DNA of 64,000 bases from assembly GCF_006345805.1 (NCBI RefSeq), contig NC_043010.1, forward strand, positions 49,352,001 through 49,416,000, written 5' to 3'. Below, piece after piece: positions 26,600-39,595 of this stretch. This stretch comes from Octopus sinensis. Its lineage: Eukaryota. Made by a program: the position numbers and the translations under genes. Positions within the stretch are counted from its first letter, which is position 1. Every line of letters begins with the position of its first letter. The notes beneath the pieces are model-generated. The model was not told the origin of the DNA, did no database searches, and was given only the letters and a program-made list of their open reading frames with translations.

Positions 26600-26900
26600 T
26601 AATATGTGAGAGAGAGAGGGGGGGAGAGAATGAGAGTGTGAAAGAGGGGGAGAGAGAGTGAGAAAGAGAGATGGAGGGAGAGTGAGAAGAGAGAGGGGAG
26701 AGGGAAAAAGAGAGAGAGGGGAGAGAAAGGGAGAGAGAGGGGGAGATAGAGGGAGAGCAAGAGTGAGAAAGAGAGAGGGGAGAAAGAGGGAGAGGGGGAG
26801 AGGGAAAAAGAGAGAGAGGGGAGAGGGCGAAGAGAGAGAGAGAGAAAGTGAGAAGGAGAGTGAGTGAGAAAGAGAGGGAGAGAGAGAGAGAGAGAGAGAG
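26600..26900. repeat. Polypurine (GA-rich) low-complexity tract
   Basis: About 300 bp made almost only of A/G. Confidence 0.95.
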
Positions 26901-27449
26901 TTGTGGAAAGAAGACTGAAGAAAGGAATCTAGATAACGGTGGTAATGCCCAATGACAAAGAAAGAAAATTCAGTAATGGAAAAATAGGAATGAATGAATG
27001 AAAAAAATGAATGATAAATGGCAGTAAATCTGGTAGAATCTACCAAAGTGACTGTAAAAGAGCTGAGAGGAACTGAAGCTTAAATAGTATAGGTATAAAA
27101 CTCTTTAATGGTTTACACTTGAAGAAACTATGGATGGTTTAGTTGCTCTAAGTTAGATTCCAAGAAAACTTATCCCATCATTAACGTGCAAAACTAAATG
27201 ATAGGAACAAAGAAAGATAAAGAAGACATCTTAGACATCAGGCTATGGCATGAAAAAGAGGGTGAAATATAATAGACTTACCACCTTCTCTAACAAGGAT
27301 TTTTAAGGCCATTTCCCCTACTAAAACAGACATTACCTTGTTTTCCTTATGACGGTCTTCTCTGCCCTATCTTCAATCTCCCATCTAATCAATCCCACTT
27401 GCTCTCATTTCCTCTTCCTATCACTTTTAGCCATGTCTTTTACTTCCTC

Positions 27450-27820
27450 TATTTCCTTCTACATCCATTTCCATCACTCCTCTCACCCAGTCTCTTCCTT
27501 CTAAATTCATTTCCATCACTCCTCTCACCCAGTCTCATTTAGCCTTCCTCCCGTGTCTGACCCAACTCGATCTTCTCACAACATCCATCACGAGCTCTCT
27601 TCTCATCTGCCTCCAGCATTCAATGCATTGTCTAACTTTCCTTCTCTCAGTAATACTTAGCAATAAATACCCACTTAATCATTCACAGCTTTGTTCTTTC
27701 CAGCGGGTCTCTGTTGTTCCTTGTTCATTACCCATGTAACGTTCCCATAAATCACATCACTTCTCACACATTGACCTTTCCTTCAGTTTCAATGAACTTT
27801 CCTTTCAGTTTTAGCGATGT
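27450..27820 (-). pseudogene. RTE LINE C-terminal remnant
   Basis: KLKGK...VRSDVIYGNVTW resembles the RTE KLKGKxY..VR..mlYG.EtW motif; frameshifted. Confidence 0.6.
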
Positions 27821-28329
27821 CTTCCTTCAATTTCAATGATAATTCTGTTCTCATTAACATGTCGCTTAGTTCCCAGTTTTACTCACATGTCCCTCTGGTT
27901 AAACCCATCTTTTCTGCTTAGTATGTTGATTAAGTAATAAAATGTTTCCACATTCCATCAGTTTCTCTGTCATACAAAACGTATTCTTATCAACTTCTAC
28001 CTTCAGCTTATTCTCTCCAACACTCTGATCTGCCTTAATAAATGTTACCATTTCTGAGATAACATTTACTAAGGGCATAACATACAGTTATTTTTAGCAG
28101 TAGCTCAGTGAAAATAAAAGGGATTGCCTAGAAATTAATGAGACAAGGAAATGACACTGTCAGGAGCTTTTGGGTGCCATAGCCATAATTTAGGACATAC
28201 TTGTTAGAGAAGGTAGTAAGTCTATTATATTTCATCCTCTTTTCCATACCATAGCCTGATGTCTAACATGTCTTACTTCCTCTTTCTTTGTTCCTATCTT
28301 TTAGTTTTGCACGTTAATGGTGGGATAAG

Positions 28330-28560
28330 TTTTCTTGGAATCATGTCTGGCTACAAACCTCTGTTCTTTGTTTTCTGAAACTTTTTCAGGAAACAAAGAC
28401 ATAACACACCTTTGTCTAGCACCTTTTCTGATACCAGTGGAATTTCTGCATTCTCCATCCAGCTTTCTGTATGCTGATAGGTTCCAATAAAATGCTCTGC
28501 AAGATTCGGAGGTCTTACCCATGTAGATCAAGGGTACTGAGTTTTTCAAATAACATGTTA
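28330..28560 (-). pseudogene. RTE reverse transcriptase remnant
   Basis: RAFYWNLSAYRKLDGECRNSTGIRKGARQRCVMS is a decayed version of LYW.Q.A..r.dge.S....I..GVRQGCV.S. Confidence 0.75.
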
Positions 28561-28696
28561 TGTCTTACTGTGTTGAAGGCCTTTGTGTAATCTATGGAAC
28601 ACACAAGGACATCTTTTCGCATCTACATCACCTGATCTGTCATCATTCTCCAAACAAAAATATCATTCATAGTACCATCACTCTTCACAAAGCCAA

Positions 28697-29098
28697 ACTC
28701 TTTTACTCTTTTACTTGTTTCAGTCATGTGACTGTGGCCATGCTGAAGTACCACCTTTAGTCCAGCAAATTGACCCCAGGACTTATTCTTTGTAAGCCTA
28801 GTACTTATTCTATTGGTCTCTTTTGCCAAACCGCTAAGTTATGAGGATGTAAACACACCAGCATCAGTTGTCAAGCGATGTTGGGGGAGGGACAAACACA
28901 GATACACAAACATATACACACACACATATATATATATACACACATATATACGACGGTCTTCTTTCAGTTTCCATCTACCAAATCCACTCACAAGTCTTTG
29001 GTCGGCCCGAGGCTATAGTAGAAGACACTTGCCCAAGGTGCCATGCAGTGGGACTGAACCCAGAACCATGTGGTTGGTAAGCAAGCTACTTACCACAC
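28697..29098 (-). mobile_element. SINE family A
   Basis: Reverse complement of the 7871-8284 type. Confidence 0.88.
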
Positions 29099-29484
29099 CA
29101 ATTTCAGGTGTTATCCTGCTTCTTACTTGCAGAAGTAAAATTCTCAGACTGAACTTTGTAATGTGACTCATGAGACTAATCTTGACTAGTAATGTACAAA
29201 AATACAGCATGACTTGAAAGCCAGGTATATCTTGAATCAATGGGTAAAAAATAAGCATCCAAATAGATCAGTAAGAAAAACTGAGTAAGTACAGAAATCT
29301 CTGAAGGGAATAGAGAAGATAGTGTCATTTAAGATTATCATTTAAGTGAAAGAACAGAAGTTGAATGATAAGTGAGAGAGTTACTAGAAGAAAAGAAAGT
29401 GGGGTTCTTTAACCACTGGTCAATGCTGATCAAGCATTGTACACTATGAGCAATAGTGTCTCTACTGTGACACTCTGGCCTAAA

Positions 29485-29860
29485 ATCATCATCATTGTTT
29501 AACGTCTGCTTTCCATGCTAGCATGGGTTGGACGATTTGACTGAGGGCTGGCGAACCAGATGGCTGCACCAGGCTTCTATTTTGATCTGGCAGAGTTTCT
29601 ACAGCTGGATGCCCTTCCTAACGCCAACCACTCTGAGAGTGTAGTGGGTGCTTTTATGTGCCACCGGCATGGGGCCAGTTCAGGCAGTACTGGCAACGAC
29701 CTTGCTCGAATCTTTTACACATGCCACCGGCACAGGTGCCAGTAAGGCGATGCTGGTAACGATCATGCTTGAATGGTGTCTTTTACGTGCCACTGGCACA
29801 GAGGCCAGATAGCTGCTCTGGCAACGATCACGTTCGGATGGTTCTCTTAACACCCTACTA
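29485..29860 (-). mobile_element. RTE-type LINE 3' end with tandem units
   Basis: Same organisation as 26037-26345. Confidence 0.78.
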
Positions 29861-30154
29861 GCAAGGGACTCATAAAAAAATTTTTAAATTAAAAAACCCC
29901 ACATTCCATGAATTTCTTCTAGTTTGTAACTGTTTTTTCCATCAATAAAAAATGTCTTGCATCATAAAATATTTAATTTAATTTTAATATACCTCAGCAA
30001 TATTAAATTAAACATGATGAAGATTTCTAAAAAGAATGAAAGTGTTGTACATGATTTTTACTTAGAAGAAATTTTAAGAACTTGAAAATAAGTAGCCAAA
30101 AAATAAATAAATAAATAAATGCCTATTTTATGCATCTTTTCCCTTACTCCTTAA

Positions 30155-30582
30155 CCCTTTAGTGTTTAAACCGGCCATATCAGGCCAAAATTGTCTTCCT
30201 GTTTTATGTTCAAACCAGCCAGCTCTGACCTCTCACACCTACCCTACAAAGTCATTCTAAAAATAAACAGGGACATCATCAAAATCTCAGTGTTATAAGA
30301 TGCTGTACAATTAATTTAAAACAATGTGATTAAACAGGCTTTACATTTGGCAGAGTAATCTGAATGCTAATCTTTTTCATACTAACTCACTCACCCAAGA
30401 CTGCCCCAGATTCTATGATACAAACTTCTTGTTTTAAAGTGATCTAAATTAAAATTTTCCATCAAAATTTATGTTAATTTATGCTTAAACACCAGCTTAA
30501 TAATGACAAAATTATTTTACTAAATTCTTCATTAACTAAAACATACGCAGTGTATTTCCACAGAAATATTGTAACAGAAAAG
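30155..30582. mobile_element. piggyBac-type (TTAA) MITE, decayed or composite
   Basis: TTAA|CCCTTT at 30151 and AAAG|TTAA at 30583. The 3' half resembles the 32121-32269 family. Confidence 0.55.
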
Positions 30583-30905
30583 TTAATTTCAAATTCAAAC
30601 TTGTAATTCTGCCAAACCCTATAAAGAAATGACTAACTCCCTTGTATTAACTGTCTACTAGGGGACATCACATATTTGAAAAATTATCTAATGTGTGCTT
30701 GCCCTATTTAAGATGGGTGCAGTCTGAGGAAGATTTTCTTGTTATTTTTAGAAGGGAGGTGAATGACCCCGTAAAAGCTCCCTGCTGTTTCAAGCAGGGG
30801 ATTTTACAGGGAGAATGTAAGTGAGGAAAGGATCTATAAATAGATAGCATGCCTTGTTTGCTTTTTTCATTTCTGCTGATGCCACACGCGTGCATGCGCA
30901 TGCAT

Positions 30906-30944
<39 letters not shown>

Positions 30945-31466
30945 CACGCACACACACACACACACACACACACCACTAGTCATCTAAGATTCTAGTGATT
31001 ATATTTGAACATCTGGTAAGTTTGTTCCACAAGAACATATAGGCAATTAACTTCAAGGTGTCTTCACAAATTATAGTGATTAAATTGGAAGAAAGAAATA
31101 AAATAAAACAAAACAAAACAAAACAAACAGAAGAAACTCCAGTTAAAATATATAAAATTAACAAGGAGAGAGTGGGATAATGTTATCCACTAGAATGTTT
31201 ATGTTGAAAGTTATCTCCATGAGTATTTATTTACATTCTATCTTCTGTGCTTAATTCGATGCAGTGCTGTTCTTCTTATTTAGTATCAGAATGGTTTAGA
31301 GAATTGAGTGGTATGCCCTGCGAATTTTATTCTCTCTTTGTAATATGAAACCAGGCTTACAGCAGCTATTTTACTTTTTCAGTTGACTATACCTACTCTA
31401 TTCCTGCAGCTTACTATAAGTAAAACTATGATGAAACAAGGTGAATTTGAATTTTTTTTTTTTTTT

Positions 31467-31850
31467 TTTTACTTGTTTCAGTCATACTGGAGCACCGCCT
31501 TTAGTCGAGCAAATCGACCCCGGGACTTATTCTTTGTAAGCCCATTACTTATTCTATCGGTCTCTTTTGCCGAACCACTAAATGTGATGGGGACGTAAAC
31601 ACACCAGCATCGGTTGTCAAGCAATGCTAGGGGGAAAAACACAGACACACAAACATATACACACACACTTATATATACATATACATATATACGACAGGCT
31701 TCTTTCAGTTTCCGTCTACCAAATCCACTCACAAGGCATTGGTCGGCCCGGGGCTATAGCGGAAGATACTTGCCCAAGATGCCACGCAGTGGGACTGAAC
31801 CCGGAACCATGTGGTTGGTTAGCAAGCTACTTACCACACAGCCACTCCTG
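31467..31850 (-). mobile_element. SINE family A
   Basis: Reverse copy with the subfamily diagnostics of 7871 (GCATCTT...CCCCGGGCCGACCAATGCC). Confidence 0.9.
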
Positions 31851-31858
31851 CTGTTTAA

Positions 31859-32080
31859 TCCTTTCGTTTCTGTATTTATTTTGAGATGCTCTGTGTTTCT
31901 TTCAATTATTTTAAGTATAACAAAGTATTTAGTAAAATAACTTAGTTATAATTAAGCTAGTGTTAGGAACAAAAATTGTGACTAAAGGTTTGGTGGAAGA
32001 TTTTAATTCAGAACTTTTGAAAACAAGACATTTGTACTACAGAGCCAGAGCCGGTTTCAGCCGGGTTGGTAACAAAAGGG
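31859..32080 (+). mobile_element. piggyBac-type MITE with TTAA ends
   Basis: TTAA|TCCTTTCG ... AAAAGGG|TTAA (32081-32084). Confidence 0.75.
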
Positions 32081-32120
32081 TTAAGAAAATAAATGCCATT
32101 TTCAAAATGACTCTGTTTAA

Positions 32121-32269
32121 CCCTTTCTTTACCATCCCGGCTGAAACTGGCTCTGGCTTTGAGTACAAATGTCTTGCTTTCATAGGTTTTGAATTAAAAT
32201 CTTCCACTAAACTTTAGTCAAAATTTATGTTCCTAACACTAGCTGAATGATAACTAAGTTATTTTACTA
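32121..32269 (-). mobile_element. Truncated inverted copy of the same MITE
   Basis: TTAA|CCCTTT start. Its reverse complement aligns to 31930-32080 at roughly 85-90% by eye. Confidence 0.8.
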
Positions 32270-32284
32270 TATATTTATAATCCA

Positions 32285-32695
32285 CAGGAGTGGCTGTGTG
32301 GTAAGTAGCTTGCTTACCAACCACATGGTTCCAGGTTCAGTCCCACTGCGTGGCACTTTGGGCAAGTGTCTTCTACTATAGCCTTAGTTCGACCAAAGCC
32401 TTGTGAGTGGATTTGGTAGATAGAAACTGAAAGAAGCCCGTCATATATATATGTATATATATCTATCTGTATGTGTGTGTGTGTATATGTTTGTGTGTCT
32501 GTGTTTGTCCTCCAACATTGACAACTGACGCTGGTGTGTTTACCTCACCGTAACTTAGCGGTTTGGCAAAAGAGACTGATAGAATAAGTACTAGGCTTAC
32601 AAAGAATAAGTCCTGGGGTTGATTTGCTCGACTAAAGGCAGTGCTCCAGCATGGCCACAGTCAAATGACTGAAACAAGTAAAGGAGTAAAAGAGT
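32285..32695 (+). mobile_element. SINE family A
   Basis: Colinear with 5373-5745 and 7871-8284. Confidence 0.9.
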
Positions 32696-34436
32696 AAGGG
32701 TTTTAATTTACATAATTTTAAACAGGAAGTTTTTATTACAAAATAAGGAGTAATTTTAGGTGGGTTGTGATCAAAAGAGTTAAACTGATTTTCATGTGAT
32801 ATATACCTAAGACAGTGAATTGACAGAGTTGATATAGCATCAGATTAAAATACCTCTGTGGTATTTGTTCTGACTCTATTACAATCTGAGATCAAATCCC
32901 ACTGAGGTCAACTTTGCCTTTCATCTTTCCAGGGTTAATAAAAATATATTAATTCAGGGTGATGGACTGGCAGATCTTTAAGAATGTTGGGCCAAATGCC
33001 TTGCAGTATTCGTTCCAGCTAATCTGTGTTCTGAGGCAAATTCTGCCTAGATGTCTAAAAAGCACCCTAACCAATCTGAAGGTCAAGCAGGGTAAGTCAA
33101 ATTTTGGAAACAAAAAAATACCATCATATAAATAAGTGTTGAGTAGAGCTGAGAGAAGGATTCCTCAAGCGAGTGTCATGAATGGATGAATGAATGAGTG
33201 AATGAATGAATGAATGAAGGAAGGGAATATGCTATTTTGGGTATGCTACTTGAAGGAAAGGCAATATTGACAACATTTCTGTGTTCTCATGGAGAATAAA
33301 ACTATCTGACTAGGCTAACTGCAGTGAGACAATATGTTAGCAGACAGGCATATCATAGAATGTTTCCAGTTTAGTATAATTGATGCTGGGTGGATGAGTG
33401 AAAGTGTAGTGTTTAAGAGATGAAAGAGGTGTCATATAATCAGTAGTTGAGTCCCTGAGGGGGGTTACAGTTTAACATTTTAGCAAAAGAGTAAAGTTTA
33501 TGAATGAGAGATTTTATTGATAGAGGGAGATACGAGGAGAGGGGAAAATGGAAAGACAAAAACAGAAAGAAAATAATAATGATTAAAAAAAAAAAACAAA
33601 TAGAAAAGTATCTCTTAAAATAAAAAGCATGACTATAAAGCTTCATTTTCCGTTACTCTAAATTTAAAAAAAAAAAAATAATTCATGAAAGATCAATTTT
33701 TTTTTTTTTTGTCACAGGCAACAACCAGCTTAGTTTCCACGAGATATTTCAAGTTGCCAAGAAACAGAATGTTATTAATTAAATGGGAAACTAAAATAAA
33801 GCGTAATTGAAATTTCAAATTTCTCCAGTCAATGATGCTGCCTGGTTATCTCAAAGGAAAGAAAAATTAATGAAATGGTAGGTTTTTAATTTTAGAGATG
33901 CATGTGTGCATGTAGCATGCAAGTGCATGTGCTTGCTTGCGTGTGTATGAGTGAGTGTGTGTTTGTGTGTTCGGGTGCTCTCCAGCGGGTTTGATCCTAA
34001 TTATACTTTAATGAACAGACATGGTAAAATATTTTTAGCATGCATAATGCCAGTTTTTATTTCCTTCTTTCTTTGTATTGACCTCGATCTATTTTTTGTT
34101 CACCCCACGAAAACTAAATTTGCAGGCGAGCTAAATGAGACGGCTTGTGTTCAGTCAGAATAATAATTTCGATACTGTTCAAACAACAGGAGGCAGCTTG
34201 CTCACAGAACTGCATTCATACTCATTTGGTGTTCTTCTACCTGCATCATTCCATTAGAACTCGTCATTGAGAGACACCCAATTAGTATTTATTGAAGAGT
34301 GGCGAAGAACAACTTTTCAGATGTATTAGAGTCCACGATGAAGTTGTTAGCTGTTGTCACACAAGTAGTTTTGTAAAAGAAAAAAAACAAAAAAATGAAA
34401 AGTTTTAAAATTATTTTAGAACATATACACAATTTC

Positions 34437-34483
<47 letters not shown>

Positions 34484-36041
34484 CATCATCATTATTATGC
34501 ATATATATATGTCTCTGCATGCACACACATTTGATATTGCTGTGTACACATATATATCTATCTACACACACACACATACACACACGCACAAACACAGACA
34601 CATACAGATACACAGACACACACACACTCTCACACACATAAAGCATATTACTCTACCTCCTGTATTCAAGTACTATTTTTCCCAGCCTTGTTTTGCATTT
34701 ATGTGCTTACTTGTGAGTGCATACACACATACATACATGTACACATGCACACACACACACCCACACACATACACACATTAATAAATGTATATATTGTTTT
34801 ATGAGCAAGATCCAGTGTTCAGATACTTTTAAATATCATTAAGTTATTCAGAGGAGAAAAGAAGAATGCCAAGTAGAAAGATACACAAAACAGAGCAATA
34901 GAATAGAACAGAAGAGAGAAGGAAGAGAGAAAAGACAAAAAATGATTGGAAAAGTAATTTAGCATAACAAAAAAGAAAAAAAAAAGAAACATAAAGTACT
35001 ACTAGTTTTAGTGTGTGAAGTGTAGTAGTAAATTTCAGCAGACAGGTCTTCTAGTATCTGTTCTAAGGTCTTCTAGAATTTTCCATAAAATAATTTTGCA
35101 ATATAATTTTAGACAACCAGCCTGTTTTCCATTTTTATCTTTTTTATCATTTTTTTTTTTACAAACCCCTGTATTTTCCACAGGTGTTTCTTTCCTTCTT
35201 TCCACCCACCACCTTTTTACTCTGACATCATCTATCTATCCCTAGCTCTTAGCTGAAAGTCAGGCTTCCTAGCTGGAATTTAACACACAGCTGTCTTTCA
35301 AATCCAAAATATGTCAGTAGCCAATATCGAACAACTATGATTTCTAAAACTATTGATCGATTCCAGCATACTTGTAACAAACGCAGAGTGAGACAGATTA
35401 AGTAAGAGAGCCTTCCCACACATTCCCAGGTCAGCCACCTATTTCAGCTATTTATTTATTATAAATTTTATTACTAAGCTAGATGGGGTGGAAAGGCTGT
35501 ATGCAGACAGACACTTGGTGAATAACAAACAAATTTACCACTGAATTGGGGAACACACAGGAGTTGCTGTTCAAATCACTAACAGTCTACCCTAGCTAGA
35601 CACCTTAAACAGTTTCAAGTCCAGTGTGCCTCACAGCAGCACTATGTTCAAATCCTTCTGGATTCTACAAAAGCGTCTTATAAAATATTGGTAAACTCAC
35701 AAAGCATTCAATTCTATGGGTGTAGTGGATAAAGACACTGGTTAAAGCAGTGCAGTCAGCTAGAGGTTCTGATTTCAATCTCAGACAAGACACCAAGGTA
35801 ATTCACAAAAAAAAAAAATCAATTGAAGCAAATAATGTCACAAAATGCAGAGAGTCAAATGAGAACAGTGTACCCCTGTGGATCAAACAAAAGGTTGGGT
35901 TTGAAATTCCAATACAACAACCAAGTTCAACACAAGACACCTGTAACGGTAAAATTTTTGGTTCTTAGGAAGGCTGCAATTCTCTCGTTCAGGGTCACCA
36001 GTTGTAGCAGTAAATATGATTTATAAACAATATTATTTGTC

Positions 36042-36230
36042 GGTTGTCAGCAGATGTAACGATAAAAATTTGTTGTTAGGATGGCAACTTGTAAGATGTG
36101 AAAGATGAACAATGCATGAAGTTTTAAGGAAATATTTATTTATTGTTACCTTACAATACCTTGCCTTGACGGGCAGGTTATGATAAATCCAAAAGCATGC
36201 GAAGTGAAGTTTGTGTTTGTGTCCTCTTCA
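36042..36230 (+). repeat. Unclassified interspersed repeat, copy 2
   Basis: Matches 12355-12539. Confidence 0.8.
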
Positions 36231-38239
36231 TTGTTTAGTAGTAAATACAGAGAGAGATAAAATGATGTTGTAAGAGAACAGAATTAGAGCTAGAGAAGGT
36301 GTTGTCTCAAGTTGCTGACAGTAAACTTCATTTCTCCCTCTGACCAAGATTGTAGATGGTCAGCCAGACTTCGTTGTCATTGAGTCATCACCGACTGTGA
36401 CTAATTCATTTTTGCTTGGGGTATGCTTGCTTTTATAACTATCTAGAAGGATAGATATATCATTGAGAACGATAGACTTAGTTGGTGGTCTTGTTATCTC
36501 TATTCTAGCTTTTGGTGAAGTAAAAGAGGTTAGAAAGGGTCAAGTGGTGAAGACATTATTTCAGCCTAGCTAATGGCATCTGGAAAATGTAAAACTGCTG
36601 TCAGAGAAAAACCATTGTTCCATTGTGGGAAAAGTTCTGTTGCAGTGTTGATTTAAATTTGGCTATGGTGGATCGAATCTAAATACGGATTATACTCGAG
36701 GATTTACGGTACACAACTTCAAATCCCGAAATGTTTCCTACACCCTACCACTGCTACCTTGAGCATCAAGTCACTTCCCTCTATTTTCTCTCATACCTTA
36801 GTATTCTCCCTCTGTCACTGAATTAGACATTTCCCCTCCTTCAAATAATTGCCATCCCTTTTCTCACTATCTCAACTTCCAATAATTCTATAGCTACTAC
36901 CCCCAAACTTTGATAATTATACACAAACCCAGCAACTGACCACCCTTCAATTACTATCGATCTCACCCTTCCTAGTCATCTCCCAGCTTCTCCACCTCCC
37001 TTAGTACCCTCATTATTAACATCCCTCCCTCTTCCTGAACTAATTCTCTTATCACTTCTCACAATTCCCTGTCTTAACACTCCCCATAACTTCACTGACC
37101 TTCCTACTTCTCTCTATTAACTCTCCACATTTAATCATTCCACCTTTGAACTTTTCTGCATTATGATCTGAAATATAACATCTTTTCTGCCTTGATGACG
37201 CAAGCCTGATTTATCCAAAGTCGATTGCTTCCATCACAGCTGCATATTGTGATGTACTACATCTGCCAACATTATGATGGATCTCCGAGCCCCAGAATCA
37301 GCTGTTGGGCCTATAACACCCTTCTTCCTTCCCTTTAATTTTCTCTGTCATTTGTATTCTGTGTTAAGTTGGATCTATTAATATAAATATCTATATATTT
37401 ATACTTAAACATTCATCGTCTGAAAGTCTTCTCTTGTTTTGCATGTATACAATATGTACTTATTTTGTATTTCATATCCTAACTGTTATATTTAATGTAT
37501 CTAATTCACTTATCTGTATAATTGCCTCTCTCTTTCTCTCTCTACATACACACATATATATATATATATATATATCAATTATATATATTTATATAAATAA
37601 GGATAAGATCGTTATTTAAATATCGAACTTATCAAGTGGCCAGCATGGGAATAAAAACCTTCAACGGTAGTAATTATTATTAAAATTATAATTTAGGGTA
37701 TCTAAGAGATACTACCATGCTTGAAATAGCAGCCAAAACATGACTCTAAAACCACCTTAAATTTTCATACAGCACCAGGAGAGAAGACAAAAAGACAAAA
37801 TAAACTAGTAAATAATTACTGAATAATTCCAGATCCCAGATTTCTGGCTCTGCATAAGAAATGCTTTGCCTCTTCAGTGGAATATACACAGTACATAAAT
37901 ACAAATATATATAACATATGAATACTTACATATATGAACGTATACATACACATATATGCATGTATGCACCCAACCAATAAATAATCACCATCATTTAACG
38001 TCCACTTTTCCATGCTTGCATGGGTTGGAAGGAATTTGTTGAGACAGATTTTCTACAGCTGGAAAACACTCAACTGTTTCCAAGCAATTTTCTGATAGCT
38101 TGACATGTTTTTCACAAAAGACTGGAAATGCACAACTTTGTATGATAGTAAAGCTAGTTTACAACCATCATGTGATGAACAGACAAAGGTGCACAAACAC
38201 ACATACACATCCATATACATACATATATAAATAAATAAA

Positions 38240-38460
38240 TGCGCCCTTTTAAAGCCTAGCCAGGCTCATGGGCCCAGTTTCCTGGTTTCAATGGCATGTT
38301 TCCCAGCTGGACAGGACACCAGTCCATCGCAGCGTTACTCATTTTTGCCAGCTGAGTGGACTGGAGCAACATGAAATGAAGTGTTTTGCTCAACAACACA
38401 ATGCGTCGCCTGGTCCAGGAATTGAAACCACAATCTTGCAATCATGATGCTGACATGCCT
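38240..38460 (-). mobile_element. Chimeric SINE: family C-like head with V-like centre and tail type 2
   Basis: The minus-strand tail GAGCCTGGCTAGGCTTTAAAAGGGCGCATT matches 9945-9973, while the head and body match family C. Confidence 0.72.
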
Positions 38461-38494
38461 CCAAACATACATATATATATGTGCAAGGCTCAAT

Positions 38495-38800
38495 GGTTAG
38501 TGTTGGGCTCACAATCATGAGGTAGTGAGTTCAATTCCCAGGCTTGGCTATGTATTGTGCTCTTGAAAAAGACACTTTATTTCAGATTGCTCCAGTTCCC
38601 TGAGCTGTAAAAATGAATTGCATCACTGGTGCCAAGCTGTATCGGCCTTTGCCTTTCCCTTAGATAACATCAGTAGTGTGGAGAGGGGAGACTGGTATGC
38701 ATGGGTGACTACTGGTCTTCTATAAACAACCTTGCCTGGACTTGTGCCTTGGTGGGTAACTTTCTAGCTGCAAACCCATGGTCATTCATGACCGAAACGA
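38495..38800 (+). mobile_element. SINE family C
   Basis: TGGTTAGTG...GAGTTCAATTCC head, followed by CTTGAAAAAGACACTTTATTTC. Confidence 0.8.
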
Positions 38801-39019
38801 GTCTTTATATATAGATGACCAATTTCTTTCACTTTCCACTCACCTGGCTTTGGTTAGCCTAAAGCTATATTAAAAGACATTTGTTCAAAGTACTGCAAAG
38901 TAGAACTGGATCCATGACTACATGTAAGTAAAAAAAAAGCAAATGTTCATCACAGTATAAAAAGATGGAACAATACAGCATTTGTTTGACAAACTGATTT
39001 ATTTGTTTCTACTCTAGGC

Positions 39020-39200
39020 ACAAGGCCTGAAATTTTGGGGGAGTGGGCCAGTCGATTAGATCTTCCCCAGTACGTAACTGGTACTTCAATTTATTGACCC
39101 TAAAAGGACCTCAGCGGAATTTGAACTCAGAATGTAAAAACAGACAAAATACTGCTAACTGTTTTACTTGGCGTGCTAACGTTTCTGTCAACTCACCGCC
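39020..39200 (-). mobile_element. SINE family D, decayed
   Basis: CTGGTACTT...GACCTCAGCGGAATTTGAACTCAGAA. Confidence 0.7.
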
Positions 39201-39429
39201 TTAGACAAACTGATTTATTAGCAGTCCTATGTTGAAAAAAACATCCACTCACTGAACTGACTGGAATTTCAGGTTTCATTTTATTGGTGTGTTCAGACAG
39301 ACTGGCTGAACAAGCAGATAAGGCAAAAGACTGAAGTCTTATCAATTCAAAATAAATTTTTCTCTAGTAACTGTATTGGGTCTCACCTTCAGTAAATGCT
39401 TTGTTGCTTTCTACAAATTGATCAACTAT

Positions 39430-39582
39430 AGGTGCAGGCATGGCTGTGTGGTAAGATGCTTGCTTCCCAACCACATAGTTCTAGGTTCAGTCCCACTGCA
39501 TTGCACCTTGGGAAAGTGTCTTCTACTATAACCTTGGGCCAACCAAATCCTTCTGGATTTGGTAGACAGAAACTGAAGGAAA
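39430..39582 (+). mobile_element. SINE family A 5' half
   Basis: Head and CORE-like part only; abuts an inverted full copy. Confidence 0.8.
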
Positions 39583-39595
39583 ACCATTTTTTTCC

